Assembly (NCBI GenBank): GCA_001244265.2
Contig: CDLV01000009.1
Coordinates: 682,001 to 746,000 of the forward strand
Reading direction: 5' to 3'
From: Microbotryum violaceum
Taxonomy: Eukaryota
Length of the DNA stretch: 64,000 nucleotides
The number at the start of each line of letters is the position of its first letter. Position 1 is the first letter of the stretch. Shown here in pieces: positions 47,866 through 59,708 of the stretch. Position numbers and translations under genes: made by a program. Under the pieces are notes generated by a model. The model made no database searches and had not been told where the DNA came from. It was given only the letters and a program-made list of their open reading frames with translations.

Positions 47866-50800
47866 ATGGCCCTCTCCCCGGAAATCTCGCACAGACTGGT
47901 GACGCTGATCAAGGCGTTGATGCAGCTGTCGACCCACTCGACCCCGAGGCGCTACTACTCGACCATCTTCCGCGACCTGCCCGACCCGACCATCTATTCC
48001 GACTATTACGTCTTTATCAAGGAACCGAGGGCTTTGAACCCCATCCTGGTGCGTTCATCTCGTAGCACGACGCGTGTTTCGCACGACGCGCCCACCACCG
48101 CCGCCCCAAGTCGAACCGCGCCGAGCTGAGCCGAACTGACCACACCCCTCCTCCCGGTTGCTGTGCACCTCGACAGCAAAGCCTGCACAACTCGAGATAC
48201 TCGTCACCCCATGCCGTAGCCTACGATCTCTTCCTCGTCTGGTCCAACGCCAGGGAGTACAACGAGGTCGGATCCCAGGTCTACAACGACGCCGATAAAC
48301 TCCAGGTTCGTACACACAACACTTTACGGCTTTCCAGTCTGCGCTGCCTGTGACCCAAGCTCACCTCTTTCTCACCCCGCACAGAGACACATGGAGCGCA
48401 TGTGGAAAGACATGGTCCCGCCCTTGCCTCCGCTCGAGCAGTTGCCGCGACCGGGGATGCTCAACCCAGCCCAGGCAGCAACTTCCTTTACCACCCCCCA
48501 CTCTGCAGTCGGCGAGTACGCTTCGGGCTCCAACACGACCGCCGCACCCGTCCCCGTCGGCGATGGCGGCCACAAGCGCATCAAGATCATGTCCTCGGCC
48601 CTCGCACCTCTCTCCGGTTCTTCGGGCGCTCCCTCCCCGACCTCGTCAGAGTTCTCGTCCATGCCCAAGATCCGACTCAACGTCGCTTCGACCTCGTTCC
48701 CATCCAGCCATCCGCCACCCCTGCAGTCACTGCCTCCGCTACCGCATTCTCAAACACCGGCTTCAGCACCTTTGACCCTCAAGCTGGCCATCAAACCACC
48801 AGGCGCGTCCGCGTCCTCCTCGGCAGCTTCCTCACCCGTCATCACACCCGCCCTGGTCCCCTCAGCACTCGGCGCGCCGCATCCGTCATCTTCGGCACCG
48901 TCCCCTCAACCTGCGCATACTTCGTCTGCGGCACCCTCACCGGTACCAACTTCGGCTGCGATCCCGCAAACGATGGCCACGCCGCGTGACGCGACTCCCA
49001 CCCTCCCGACGGGGACGCATGACTCGACCTCGGCTGCCGCACCTCCACCGCCTGCCCAGGCCCCCGTCCCAGGACCCGTCCCAGGACCCGTCCCAGGGCC
49101 CGCCCCACCTCAACAGCACCGCCCCAGTCCAGCTCCGACCCCCGTAGCCCACGTGTCAGAGTCCGCCCCTCAACCAGTCGCTCGTGAATTGCCGAATGGT
49201 ACCTTGACCGATGTCGAATCGGGCTGGATGGGCGGCGAGATCGAAGGTGACCCCACGTCCTTGTACCTCGAGGTGCTCTACACCTTGCGCGACTACACCG
49301 ATTCCGAAGGACGACGACTCGCTGCACCGTACATGACGCTCTCCGTGCGGCCCGAGTATTACGACCAGGTCGACGACCCGGTGGCGCTCGATACGATTGA
49401 AGCTCGCGTCCATGCGCGAGCGTACGAGTCACCCGAGATGTTTGATCGCGATCTCTTTCGCCTGTTCGAGAACGCCAAGTTGTTCACTCAACCTGGAGAA
49501 TCGAATTCGGAATACGCCGACTTGGTCGTCCTGCAGCGCGTGTACCAAGAGTTGACCAAACGGGTGTCCTCGCTCACGCCTCGACCGCAGAACTTGACCG
49601 TGCCCGCTTTATCGTCGGTCAAATTGGGCCCGGGGAATTGCGAAGGCAAGGACCCCGTCGATGGTGAACCCAAGACGGCGCAAACGCGTATATCGATGAA
49701 GGACAAGATCTTCCTCGACCACATCAACTTCAAAGGCCAAGTCCTGCGCGTCGGCGATTGGTGTCATTTGCTCAACCCGGAAAACCCTGCGAAACCCATC
49801 ATCGCGCAGATCTTCAAAGTTTACAAACGGATGGACTCGCCTCAACGATGCTTGTCCGTGTGTTGGTACTATCGACCCGAGGAGACGGTCCACCCCAAGT
49901 CGCGCACTTTCTACGAAGGCGAGGTCTTCAAGTCGGGTCAATTCGTCGATCACGCGATCGAGGATTTCATCGATCGTTGCTTCGTCATGTTCTTCACGCG
50001 TTACATCCGAGGTCGACCCAAGGCTCCTGTATGGGACGAATCGTTGCCTTTGTACGTCGTCGAACATCGGTACAAGGATGAGATCCATAGCTTCAAAAAG
50101 ATCAAGAATTGGAACTCGTGCGTGCCGGAGGAGATCAGGAAACAAGAATATGCGCTAGTGACGTTCCCGGGTGGGGATCCAGTGACGTTGCCGAGGTACC
50201 CGAGTCCTTTCTTGAGAGGGATCGAAGGCCCGGGTCGGTTTGGGGAGGCGTTGGATGAAGCACCTTCAGGTGGAGCAGGGGGAAGTGCGGGTAAATCGAA
50301 CGAGAAGGAAACGTCGTCGTCCAATACGAACGCTACAGCAGGTCGATACCGTTCCTCGGCGCCTTTGAACCCCAACGTCAATCCTCAACACGTCAAGACC
50401 TCCACGCCAATGAGCGAATTCGATCTACCTCGACCACCGCCGAGTGGAGCAGCTCATCATTCTTCCGTACAGCCTGAAGAATTGCATCCTTTACCGCCAG
50501 ATTCGTTCGGAAGACCGACGACGTATGCACAGGGTTATGGCGGTCAGAGTGTGGTGAATGCGCCTCCGCTTCCGCCCCCTATGCCGTTCTTGCATTCCGC
50601 GGGCATGTTCACTTCTGTTGAGATGACGGCGCAGAAGGAACAGCGCTTCACGGCTTTGCCCCCTCAGATTCGTAAATCGTTGCCCGCTTTCTCTCCCTTT
50701 CATTTTCATTTGAATACTGATACTGAGTTATTCTTCCGCATCTCTTCGAAAACAGAATCCAAACTCCGCACCGACGAGTTCGGCGATGTACTCTGGTTCA

Positions 50801-50943
50801 CCACACCTGGTCTCCCCGACAAGCCTTCCCCGAACGACATGACGAAAGATCTCAAGCCTACGCATTCGCTCGATTACTTGTACTGGAAGACGATGCAGAA
50901 ACAACAGGGGCAGCAGTCTGTAGCGATGGATGTCGAGTTGTAA
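47866..50943 (+). CDS. RSC1: RSC1/RSC2-type chromatin remodeller subunit (two bromodomains plus BAH)
   Basis: IFRDLPD...YSDYYVFIKEPRAL...NAREYN; PEYYDQVDDPVALDTI; BAH RVGDWCHLLNPENPAKPIIAQIF...CWYYRPEETVH...KIKNWNSCVPEE. Confidence 0.9.
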
Positions 50944-51117
50944 TTTGGCAAACACACGAGTGTCGCGGATCTGGTGTTTTCTTCTGTGATGCGAGGGTTC
51001 TCAGGGGAGTTGGAGTTGGAATACGAACGCCTGGTCAAAGATACGCGGACGGGAAGGATCCGAGCTCGGGGTCATCTACGAGCCCTCAAGAGAATTCAGG
51101 CTTTTTGAGGATGTGGT

Positions 51118-52446
51118 CTTCAATACGCACTAGGGCGTGACTGTGTCATAGTCAGGGGCCTATGGGCACAATCTTTCAAATCATCAAATCATCAAGTTAC
51201 AACTCGATTACTGTTCCCTTTCGGTGGCTTATGTGGCTGAGGCCTCAGACTTGATCAAATAAGTGAAATAGAAGTCTGACTTATCATAGAGCTTAGGTGG
51301 GCGTTGAATAGTCGCGCCGAGTGATGGATTAGGGAACGCCTGCCAAATGTAAAGAGGTAGTAGTGCGCGGGGGCATCAGCGGGGCCGACGGTGATGCAAC
51401 TTCATGGTGGGGTGGGGTGGGCAGAGGTTTGGGATGGTCCGATGGGACCGGCCAGGGAGGTGTTCGACGGTGCTGAGTAGGATCAAAATGGCAGAGGTCT
51501 GCGAGTAAAAGATGTCCGACAGTGTTGGTACACCAGGTCGTATGGTGACTGAGGTTAGCACGGATAAAATCACACGCCTAGGCGTTGAGCGATGCTCACT
51601 CGCGGACAACAATTCCTCGGATGTGCATCAGAACACACTGCTGGTAGTTCCAAAGCCCCGGAAACAATAGTGGTGGTACTTACCTGGCCATCCCTGAAGA
51701 CCTCTTGGAGTTGCTTACGGTGCTGCTGTCGCGGCATCTGGCAGCGATGCACGCCGGGAGACGGTTTGGGGCGTTTGCTAATGGGTCGGGCGACAAGCAT
51801 GAAGTGCGATGCGCCTGTTCAGAAAAGAGAGCCAAAGAGAGCCAAGCAACGTACGACCAACGTTAGGGATTAGGAGGTGTTGTAACCCGTGCTAATTCGG
51901 CTCACAATCCTCATCCGTAACGAAGCAATACTTGCCCGTTGCCGGTGCCGTGGCCATGTCGACTCGCTCGAGCTTGTCATTGAGCAAGTGGCCTGACTCA
52001 ACTACCGCCATCTGTGCGACTCGATGGACATGGTTCCATTTGAACGTCGGCTTCGACCGAGCATGCCACTTGATCGGGACAGTAGCAATGACCATCGGTT
52101 GGGATTTATCAACGACATCTGCAAAGATGGTAATCATTGGTGAGTCGGGCCAGTGCTCGAGGAACTTGTTGTTGGTGTTGTAGACCGTGCTCATCGTGAA
52201 CTATCGAGTTCGGTGATTCGTACGGGTTTGCAGTCTGACCCCGATGGTGAATCAAGGTCAGGAACTCCCGGAGGCGTGTGAAGACAACACGATGACATAT
52301 GTGGGTCGCTCGGCGCGGGCTCTTCCCGCGACGCGGTCCCTCTTAGACATTAGTAAATTGGAAGTTAGTAGGTAGTAGAGAGTGATGTAGAGACCAGATC
52401 TGTGGGTCGAGTCCGGAGTCTCCGGCCGGAGAAGTGCGTAGTGAAG
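51118..52446. mobile_element. Possible old non-autonomous TIR element carrying an orphan spliced ORF (ATG 52194, minus strand)
   Basis: CTTCAATACGCACT at 51118 and the reverse complement of CTTCACTACGCACT ending at 52446 (13/14). Flanks are TGTGGT and TGTAGT. Confidence 0.3.
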
Positions 52447-52775
52447 TGTAGTTCAACGGGGCAAGTCATAGGAGCTGCCACGTTGCTGCACTATAGTCCT
52501 GACGTCGCCGCTGCATGAGGCTGCATGCGTCTACCGATCATGCCTCTTGCTTAGCAGGAACAAGAGCACGATATTATGCAGGTACAGAAAAGGGTTTGGG
52601 CACTTAATTACTAGTCTTGGGCACTGAATTACTTAGGCACGAACGACGGCCCCTTTCCACCCTCCGCAGAAACAGCAGGGACAGCAGCAGGGTGTAGCGA
52701 GGGATGTCGAGATACGAATGTTGTGTTCTTGAGTGTCTCTTTGAGAACGTTGAGAGGGAACAGCGGTGATGCAGG

Positions 52776-54878
52776 TCAGGCACTCATCGCATCCGAGAGA
52801 TCCGAATAGTCGTCCTCATCCTCATCATCATGAAGTCTCGTACCCCTCGACCTAGCTCTGGACCCTCCCTTAACCCTAGGTTTCTTCTTCTCATTCTCCT
52901 CCACAACCTTCTTGACCTGTCCCGCGTAATGTTCTAAGGCAGGTGGTAAAGTCCACCCACTCTTTAACCCCCTCAAGAATCTCTGTCGAACCTGATGATA
53001 CGATCGTTGAGGTACATCCGCAGCGACGTTCTCCCATCGAAGACCGTTCTTGAGTACAGCACGGATCAACAATTCGTCCTCGTGGTCATTCCACTTGACG
53101 TATGCGGCACGTTCCTTTTTGACCCCTGAGATCGAGACCCGAGGTTTGCGCGGTTTGCCATTGACCCATGCAGGGGCTTTGATCGGCCGGGGCGAGGACG
53201 GGGCTGGGGGAGGGTACAGGACGGGTACAGCGGCGACAGAGGTCGACTTTGATCCAATAGAACTCGACGAGCGCTGACGTTGTCGAGGTCGCTCTTGAGC
53301 GCTGACCTCGAACTTGGGCAACACCACCGCTGCAGGTGCCTGCGAGGGCGGGGACGGGGGTTCGAGAATTGGGGCGCCAGAAGGGAAGCGTCGATGGCCG
53401 GGGTAGCCTCCTGGCGGCGGGGGAGGCGCGAAAGCAGACAGAACCTCTGTTGGAGCCACTGCCGACGAGGAGATACCGCTGAACTGGGACGGAATAAGAT
53501 TCTCCGAGCTGCCTTGACTTTGACTCGCCGCCGACGAGGCTTCGGCGAGGACGTCGAGCGCGGAAGGCACGCGTTTAGGTGGATCGACGACGGGGAATAG
53601 GGGTTCATAATCTTCGATATCGGTCGCTTCGAGGTCACTCTCGTCATATTCCTGCAGTATGCAGGGCCCTTCCTCTGCGGCATCGAATGCCGACACATCG
53701 GACGTTCGGCGTCGTTTGGAGTGACGAGCCGAGGGCCCCGGCTCATCACCACCGCCTTGTTCATGCTCGTGCGCCCTCGGCCGAGGAGGACATGCCTGGG
53801 TTGCAGCCGTCAACTCTTCTTCGAATCCTTGACTCGGAATCTGCAAAATTTGCTTGGCCCGTCTCCGGATCGCCTTGTCTAATGGTACTTTTTGTATTCG
53901 ACGAATCGTGCTCCCCGCTCGCAGCGTCTTGGCGGCCAGCAACAAATGTTCCGCTTCGGCATCGCCCAACGTCGCTGGTCGATTCACCTTGGCGCTGTGC
54001 CGTCGTGTAGATTCATCCGGGGGTGTAAGTAGCCGGCCGGTCGAGGGCAAAACAATTTCGGCGCGCTGCTCGATGATGGGCGCTGTGGTGAGGAACGAGG
54101 CACGTGACTTGCGCATTTCGGTCTCGTATCGCTCGAGTTGGGCTGTCACAACGTTGAGCTGAGTGTGCGCACCGGAGACATAAAAAAGGGTCAGTATCAC
54201 AGCATCATGGGCCAATTGTTGGATCCATCGCTACTGCGCTATCAGTCCTGGTCAGAGAGAGGAAAACGTACCCTTCGCTGGAGATATTTGACATCCTCGC
54301 GCAGCTCCCTCTCTCTCGACTCGGCTTCCTCGGCGCGAGTCCTGAACGAGCTGATGACAAAATCGTCGCGTCGGAAGGCATCATGATCGACGGACCAGTC
54401 GAGGGCGTTGGGGAGGCTCGGTGCCCTCCTGCGTCGTGTCGGGTCGTGGACATCGGAGAAGGCCCGAGCTTGGGACAATTGATTCGCGAGCTCTTCGGCT
54501 TGTCGTTGCATGAGCTCCTTCTCGACCTGGGCGCGATCGAGGTCGAGTCGATGCGATTGCTTGAGCTTTTCGATAACAAACGAGGCGTCGGACAACTGTA
54601 ACAAGACCACAGAGTGGGGTAGGGCAAGTTGGGCGAGGAGAGCGTTCGCAAGCCCGAGATCAGTGCGCTGTTTTAGTCGGGTCGAGACAACAAGGCCGAC
54701 GCGCGGGCGGTGCGAAACCCGGGCCAGGGGGACAGAGCAATGAGCCTCCCAGACGGGTAGGGTAGGAGGCGGATACGTACTTTGACTTTGAGGGCGTCCA
54801 GCTCGGCCTGGTCCACTACATTTGCGTTCGGTCGAGGTGATTCGGGTACGGGGGCCTCGGTCTCGGCTAAAGAGATCT
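52776..54878 (-). CDS. Myb/SANT-domain protein with N-terminal coiled coil; true start upstream and unresolved
   Basis: YVKWNDHEDELLIRAVLKNGLRWENVAADVPQRSYHQVRQRF; upstream coiled-coil exons with canonical introns. Confidence 0.8.
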
Positions 54879-55815
54879 GCAGAGCAAGCACGAGTTCGGT
54901 CAATGAACGGGCGGGAAAGGCGGTGGTCGGTCTGTCGGGCGGTCGGGTCGCCCGCCAGAACGAGGCCAGCTGACACGGATGCCCAGCCCGCCGCCGCCGC
55001 CGCCGCCGCCGACAACGCCGACGACGTGTGCCACCAGATGCAGCACAAAGTGGACAGGATTCAGCCCATCCCTCGCGTGCAACTTACTCGATCCATTCGT
55101 CCCGACTCGAAAGACTGTCGAAGGGGAGGAGGAACGAACGGTGGTGAGGGAGAAGGGAGGGTCAACACTCGAGATGTTTGTCCGTTTTGACTTCACGAAA
55201 ACGCCCAGACTGGGGCTGCCCCCGAGTTGACGGCGACGGACGGCCGCGCCTCCGCTCGTCGACGTCCAACCGGTCAACGCATTCATCACATTGATCACTC
55301 ACATGGGCAACATCATGCAGTGGCAATGGAGTCACTATCGAGTTCATTCGGTGGCTTGTCGTCGCAAAGGCCGTGGACATCGCGATGGCAGTCACGACGA
55401 CCATGACTGGACCGAACGACCGAAAGAGTGCACAGCCAACGTCGGGTCGGTAACGCGCGAGCCCGTCAAAAACACCGCACGCGTGCGGCCTCGCATGCTC
55501 GGACCCTCTCGGACCAGCCCGTCGGGGACGATCCCTCGGACATCTCCCGAACTTGACAAATAAGGTACAACGCGTGAAGCTCTTAGCTTGTGAAATCAAA
55601 CAACCTTTGTTAAGGAGCTCAAAGAAGACTAGAAAAGGACGAATTACTACAACCGGGAACACATGCGGACCTACGCCCCGAAAAACTGGGGTACCACCAC
55701 CACCACACTACTGCTCATAGCTGACAGCCGATCGCCCTCACCTCGAAACCAGGCCGACCAGGCAAACACGGCATATATAAAGTGTCTGTCTCTGATCGGC
55801 GTCCTGTCCCTTCAA

Positions 55816-58550
55816 TCAACGACGCGACCTCGCCGACTTGCGCGAACCACCCGGGGTCGCGACCTCGACCTCATCCACCACCTCGCTCTTGCGCTTCTTA
55901 ATCGCTGCATTGGCGCCGGTAGTCTTCATCGCCTTGGCGGTAGTTGTAGCCTTTTTAGGGGGTACAGCTTTGGGCGTGGAAGGAGCTTTGGATCCTGCTC
56001 GCGGTTTTGGCGTCGTCTCACGGGTCCCAGGTTTGTCATCGGCGGTCACCTCCACGATCCCGTCGCTCGCACTAGCGGCGTTCGCGGCGTTGCCCTTGAT
56101 CTCCTCCTCTTCCTCCTCGTCCTCTTCCTCCTCTTCATGATCTTCGTCATCGTACGAAGGCAAACCGGTCTGGAATTGGGGCCCGCTCGACCGCAAGTTG
56201 CCAAGTCCGCCCAAGCCCGGCGAGCCGGCAGATCCCTCGGGGTCAAAGTACATCGAGTAGTCGATCGGCGTCTGACCACTCGTCGGGTTCGTGTCTACAC
56301 ATTGTGCCGAAGAATACGATCGTCAGCTCAATCGTAACCCCAATACTCATGCGATACGTCCCCGAACTCACCATACTGGGCCAAAAACTTATCCAGGTCC
56401 AAATCGCCATTCGCTCCACTCGACCACGCCCCAGGTCCACTCGTGCTCAACTCGTCCAAGCCCTGTCCCGTCTGCTGACTGAGTTGATCCCTTGTCTCCT
56501 CCGGCAAGTTCTGCATCAATCGAGCGATCGCAGCTTCGAGCGCCGAGGTTCTCGCGTCGATATCGGCCTTCTCGTTCGTCACGTCTTGGATCGCCTGGGT
56601 TGAATCGCGGATTGCGGAGCGGTAATCGGGGGACAAGTCGCTGTGGGAGAATAGGGCCCCTGTTTCGGAGGTCAAGGCGTCTAGAGGGTTCGAGGTGGGT
56701 GCTGTGACCCCTGGCGAAGAAGGCATGAGCGCGCGACTAAAGTCGATGTTGTTGCCTCCTGGTGTGCGAGGGAAGCTCGGCATGTCGATCGCACCGGGGA
56801 AAAGCGTGTTGGACGTCCCTGCACCGCTCGTGGGAGTCGCCGACGACTGCGATCGCGATTGTAGAAAGGAAACAAGGGCGTCTTGGTTCGCCGAAGAGGT
56901 CGATCCACCACCCCCAAACATGTTGTCGATTGCGTCCTGCGACAGGTGGTAGTCGGGAGCTGGGGAGTCGCCTGTTGCAGAGGTCACGTTTAGACCGTTC
57001 GAGTCGGGTGTGGGGACGGTCGTGAAGCGGTACGCATCCGGTGAGTTACCAGGATAAACGAGCGCCTGAATCGATGTAGGTGCACGTGATGTCGATGCGG
57101 TTGGTGGCATGCGAGGTGCTGAGATGGCAGGGAACGATATCAGGTCAATGGCCGCACACACTCGGATTCATCGCCCACCCATTTCGACTCACCACTCGAG
57201 ATCGTCGGGAGTTCATCACTCGCCCTCGACGATGGAATTTCTTCAATCTCTGCGTCCTCACCACAGCCATCTTCATCATCGGCCTCGTCACGTATTCTTG
57301 CACTGAGCGTTCGCAAACGTTTCGCTCGGTCGTCTGGCCGCCCCACGACGTCCTCCAGCAGCAGCTGACTCCTCATCTTGGGAACGACCGCACGAGCCTT
57401 AGCCGCTCCTTCCCCTTTGCTTTTGCCCCCCGACGCACCGTTCGTACTCCCCTCGCCCTCCTGACCCGTTTCCTCCTCCAGCACGACGCCCGAGCCGCCC
57501 GGCGGTGATTCCTCCTGTTCCGCTCCGGCGACTTGCCCGCCGAAAACGGTGGCCAAGAAACGTAAAATTTTGTTCAGTGTCTCTTGCTGTCGCGCATGCC
57601 GTTCTCGTGATTGAATCGCCTCTTGCCAGAGCGCGTGGTTAGATTGCTGCAGATCCTTCAGGTCGGCCGAAATGGCGGTTTGGTGTTTCCGGATCGAGGC
57701 CAGGTCGGTCAGAAGGGCCGGTAGGTCAAGAGCCCCGGCTTCGGCACCGGTTTCATTGCGGGATTTTTGCCGTCGGATGAAGCACAGTAGGTCCGGTTGG
57801 GCTTGAAGAAAGTTGGGGTTGGAGAATTCGACTGACGAGACATGGATCGGTCAGCGTTGATGATCTCATCGGTGTGTCCTACCGCAACTCACGGAGTTCT
57901 TGTCCTTCGTCATCGCCTTTCAATACACCTTGTTGCAGACTTGGAACCTACGTGTACACCCCAAGCGGTTAGTGACTGCTCGTTTCGCCGTCAAAGGACA
58001 TTGCCCCCGACTCCTCTCCCCGGGGGAATCGAGCTCGAACTGCTACGAGTGAACACCAGAGACGATGATAGACTTGCCTTGTGAAACCCGTACATGTTGC
58101 ATTGACGAACGAAGGAACCAAAGTTTGAATGCTTAAAGAAGCGAGGCAGCACCTCTTTGGCAAAACGATCCGCGGAAGGGACTGCGAGAGACCGGAGGTC
58201 AGCATATCGGTCGTCACCGTCACAACGGCCGGCTCGAGATACACACCGAGGAACGAGTCGCCATCTTTCGACCAAGAAATGAAGTCATCCGTATCGGGGT
58301 CATTGACCATACTGTAACGTAGAGAGTGGTCGGAGGTTCAGCCAAGGGCTTCGGCCGAGTGGAGTGTGGACATATCCGGGCACGACTTGCGCAAAGAGCT
58401 TGTTCAGGAAAGCCGGTACGCTCTTCGCCGTCGTCTTGTTGACTCCCTGGAGCAAGCAAGGCCCGGGTCATCAGTACAAGCAGTCTATCCGGGCAAGAAT
58501 AGCAGTCGCACCTTGACGGCATTGTTGTTGGTCTTGAGCGCGACCTCCAT
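55816..58550 (-). CDS. HSF1: Heat shock transcription factor
   Basis: [14 protein letters not shown]...[10 protein letters not shown]...[30 protein letters not shown] and trimerisation region [12 protein letters not shown]...[16 protein letters not shown]. Confidence 0.93.
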
Positions 58551-59708
58551 CGTGGGCGGACCAGCTCAGAGCCGCGGACTCGCAGGGGTTGGGTGTGGAT
58601 GAGCGCTTCAACCGGCCGAGGGATGTGAATGTGCGAAAGCCGACCTTGAGCTCCGGGGAACGACCGATGTACTGCCTAGGACCTACAAGTCGAGACGAGC
58701 AGGGGTCGAAGTAGAGAAGATTTGCTCAGAATGTCAAGGTGTGGTCCAGAGTGCTCAGAAGGACAGTCAGAAAGGCGAAAGCGAGCGGAGCAGCAGTGGG
58801 GTGTTGGCTCGAGCTCGCGCTTCGTTCCGATCGTTTTCGATCGTCACTACGCCCACATCGCTCGAGGCCCGCTGAGGGGCCAGTCCGTACTAAGAATAAG
58901 TGACTCGCTCGCACTGTGCTTGCACTCCTAAAGCGAAAGAGCGTTCGACTCGAAGCGAGCTGCTGTCATCATAGCTGAGATTTTAGAGTTAGTAGCATTG
59001 AGCACTCGATTTCGGGCAAGTCTTCGATCGACTACCGATCACTCCCGCAAACTTGATGTCCGAGAACGCGGAGTCGAACACCGCGGTCACGGCAGAGCTC
59101 TCATTGCGGGTTCTCTCAGCTAGAATTGAGAAGATGTAGCTGCAGCTGGTGACGTATCACTCTTGCCCGAGCCAGGAAGCCCGCAAGCGAACGATCGAGT
59201 CATCGGACCCGGCGGTGAACGCGCGGTTCGCTTCAGTCAGGGGTTTTGGGTGAAGATCGAAAGCACGAGCGAGATCAGATGCCACGCTGTCTCGCTTTGG
59301 CGGTCTACTGGGCTCTAGAGAAGTGTCAGGGTCACTGTGGTTCATCCCGCCGTGTACCGGAACTAGTACCTGACGCCGAGTTTTTGCCGAGTGCATTCAA
59401 GTTCCCGAATCGCTGTAGTGAGTTCGAAACAAGCTTGCCCCAACTTATAGCAGAAACGAAAGAGACAACGACATATCTTGAAGTTCAGCAGGCGTGTGCA
59501 GATGATTGTTATCGACATCGCCTCAACCATCCAGGGCCGATGAACAGCCCATCGCTCGGAGTTGAGCTGACGGTCAAACCGATCGACGAGGTCCGAGCGG
59601 CACACCGGTCTCAAGTGACCTTCGCAGCCGACCCCCGCAGGTGCTCTCTCGAGTGAGCTTCCCTCTCCCACACCCACAACCCTCGATCTTCAACTCCCAG
59701 TTTCAGAT

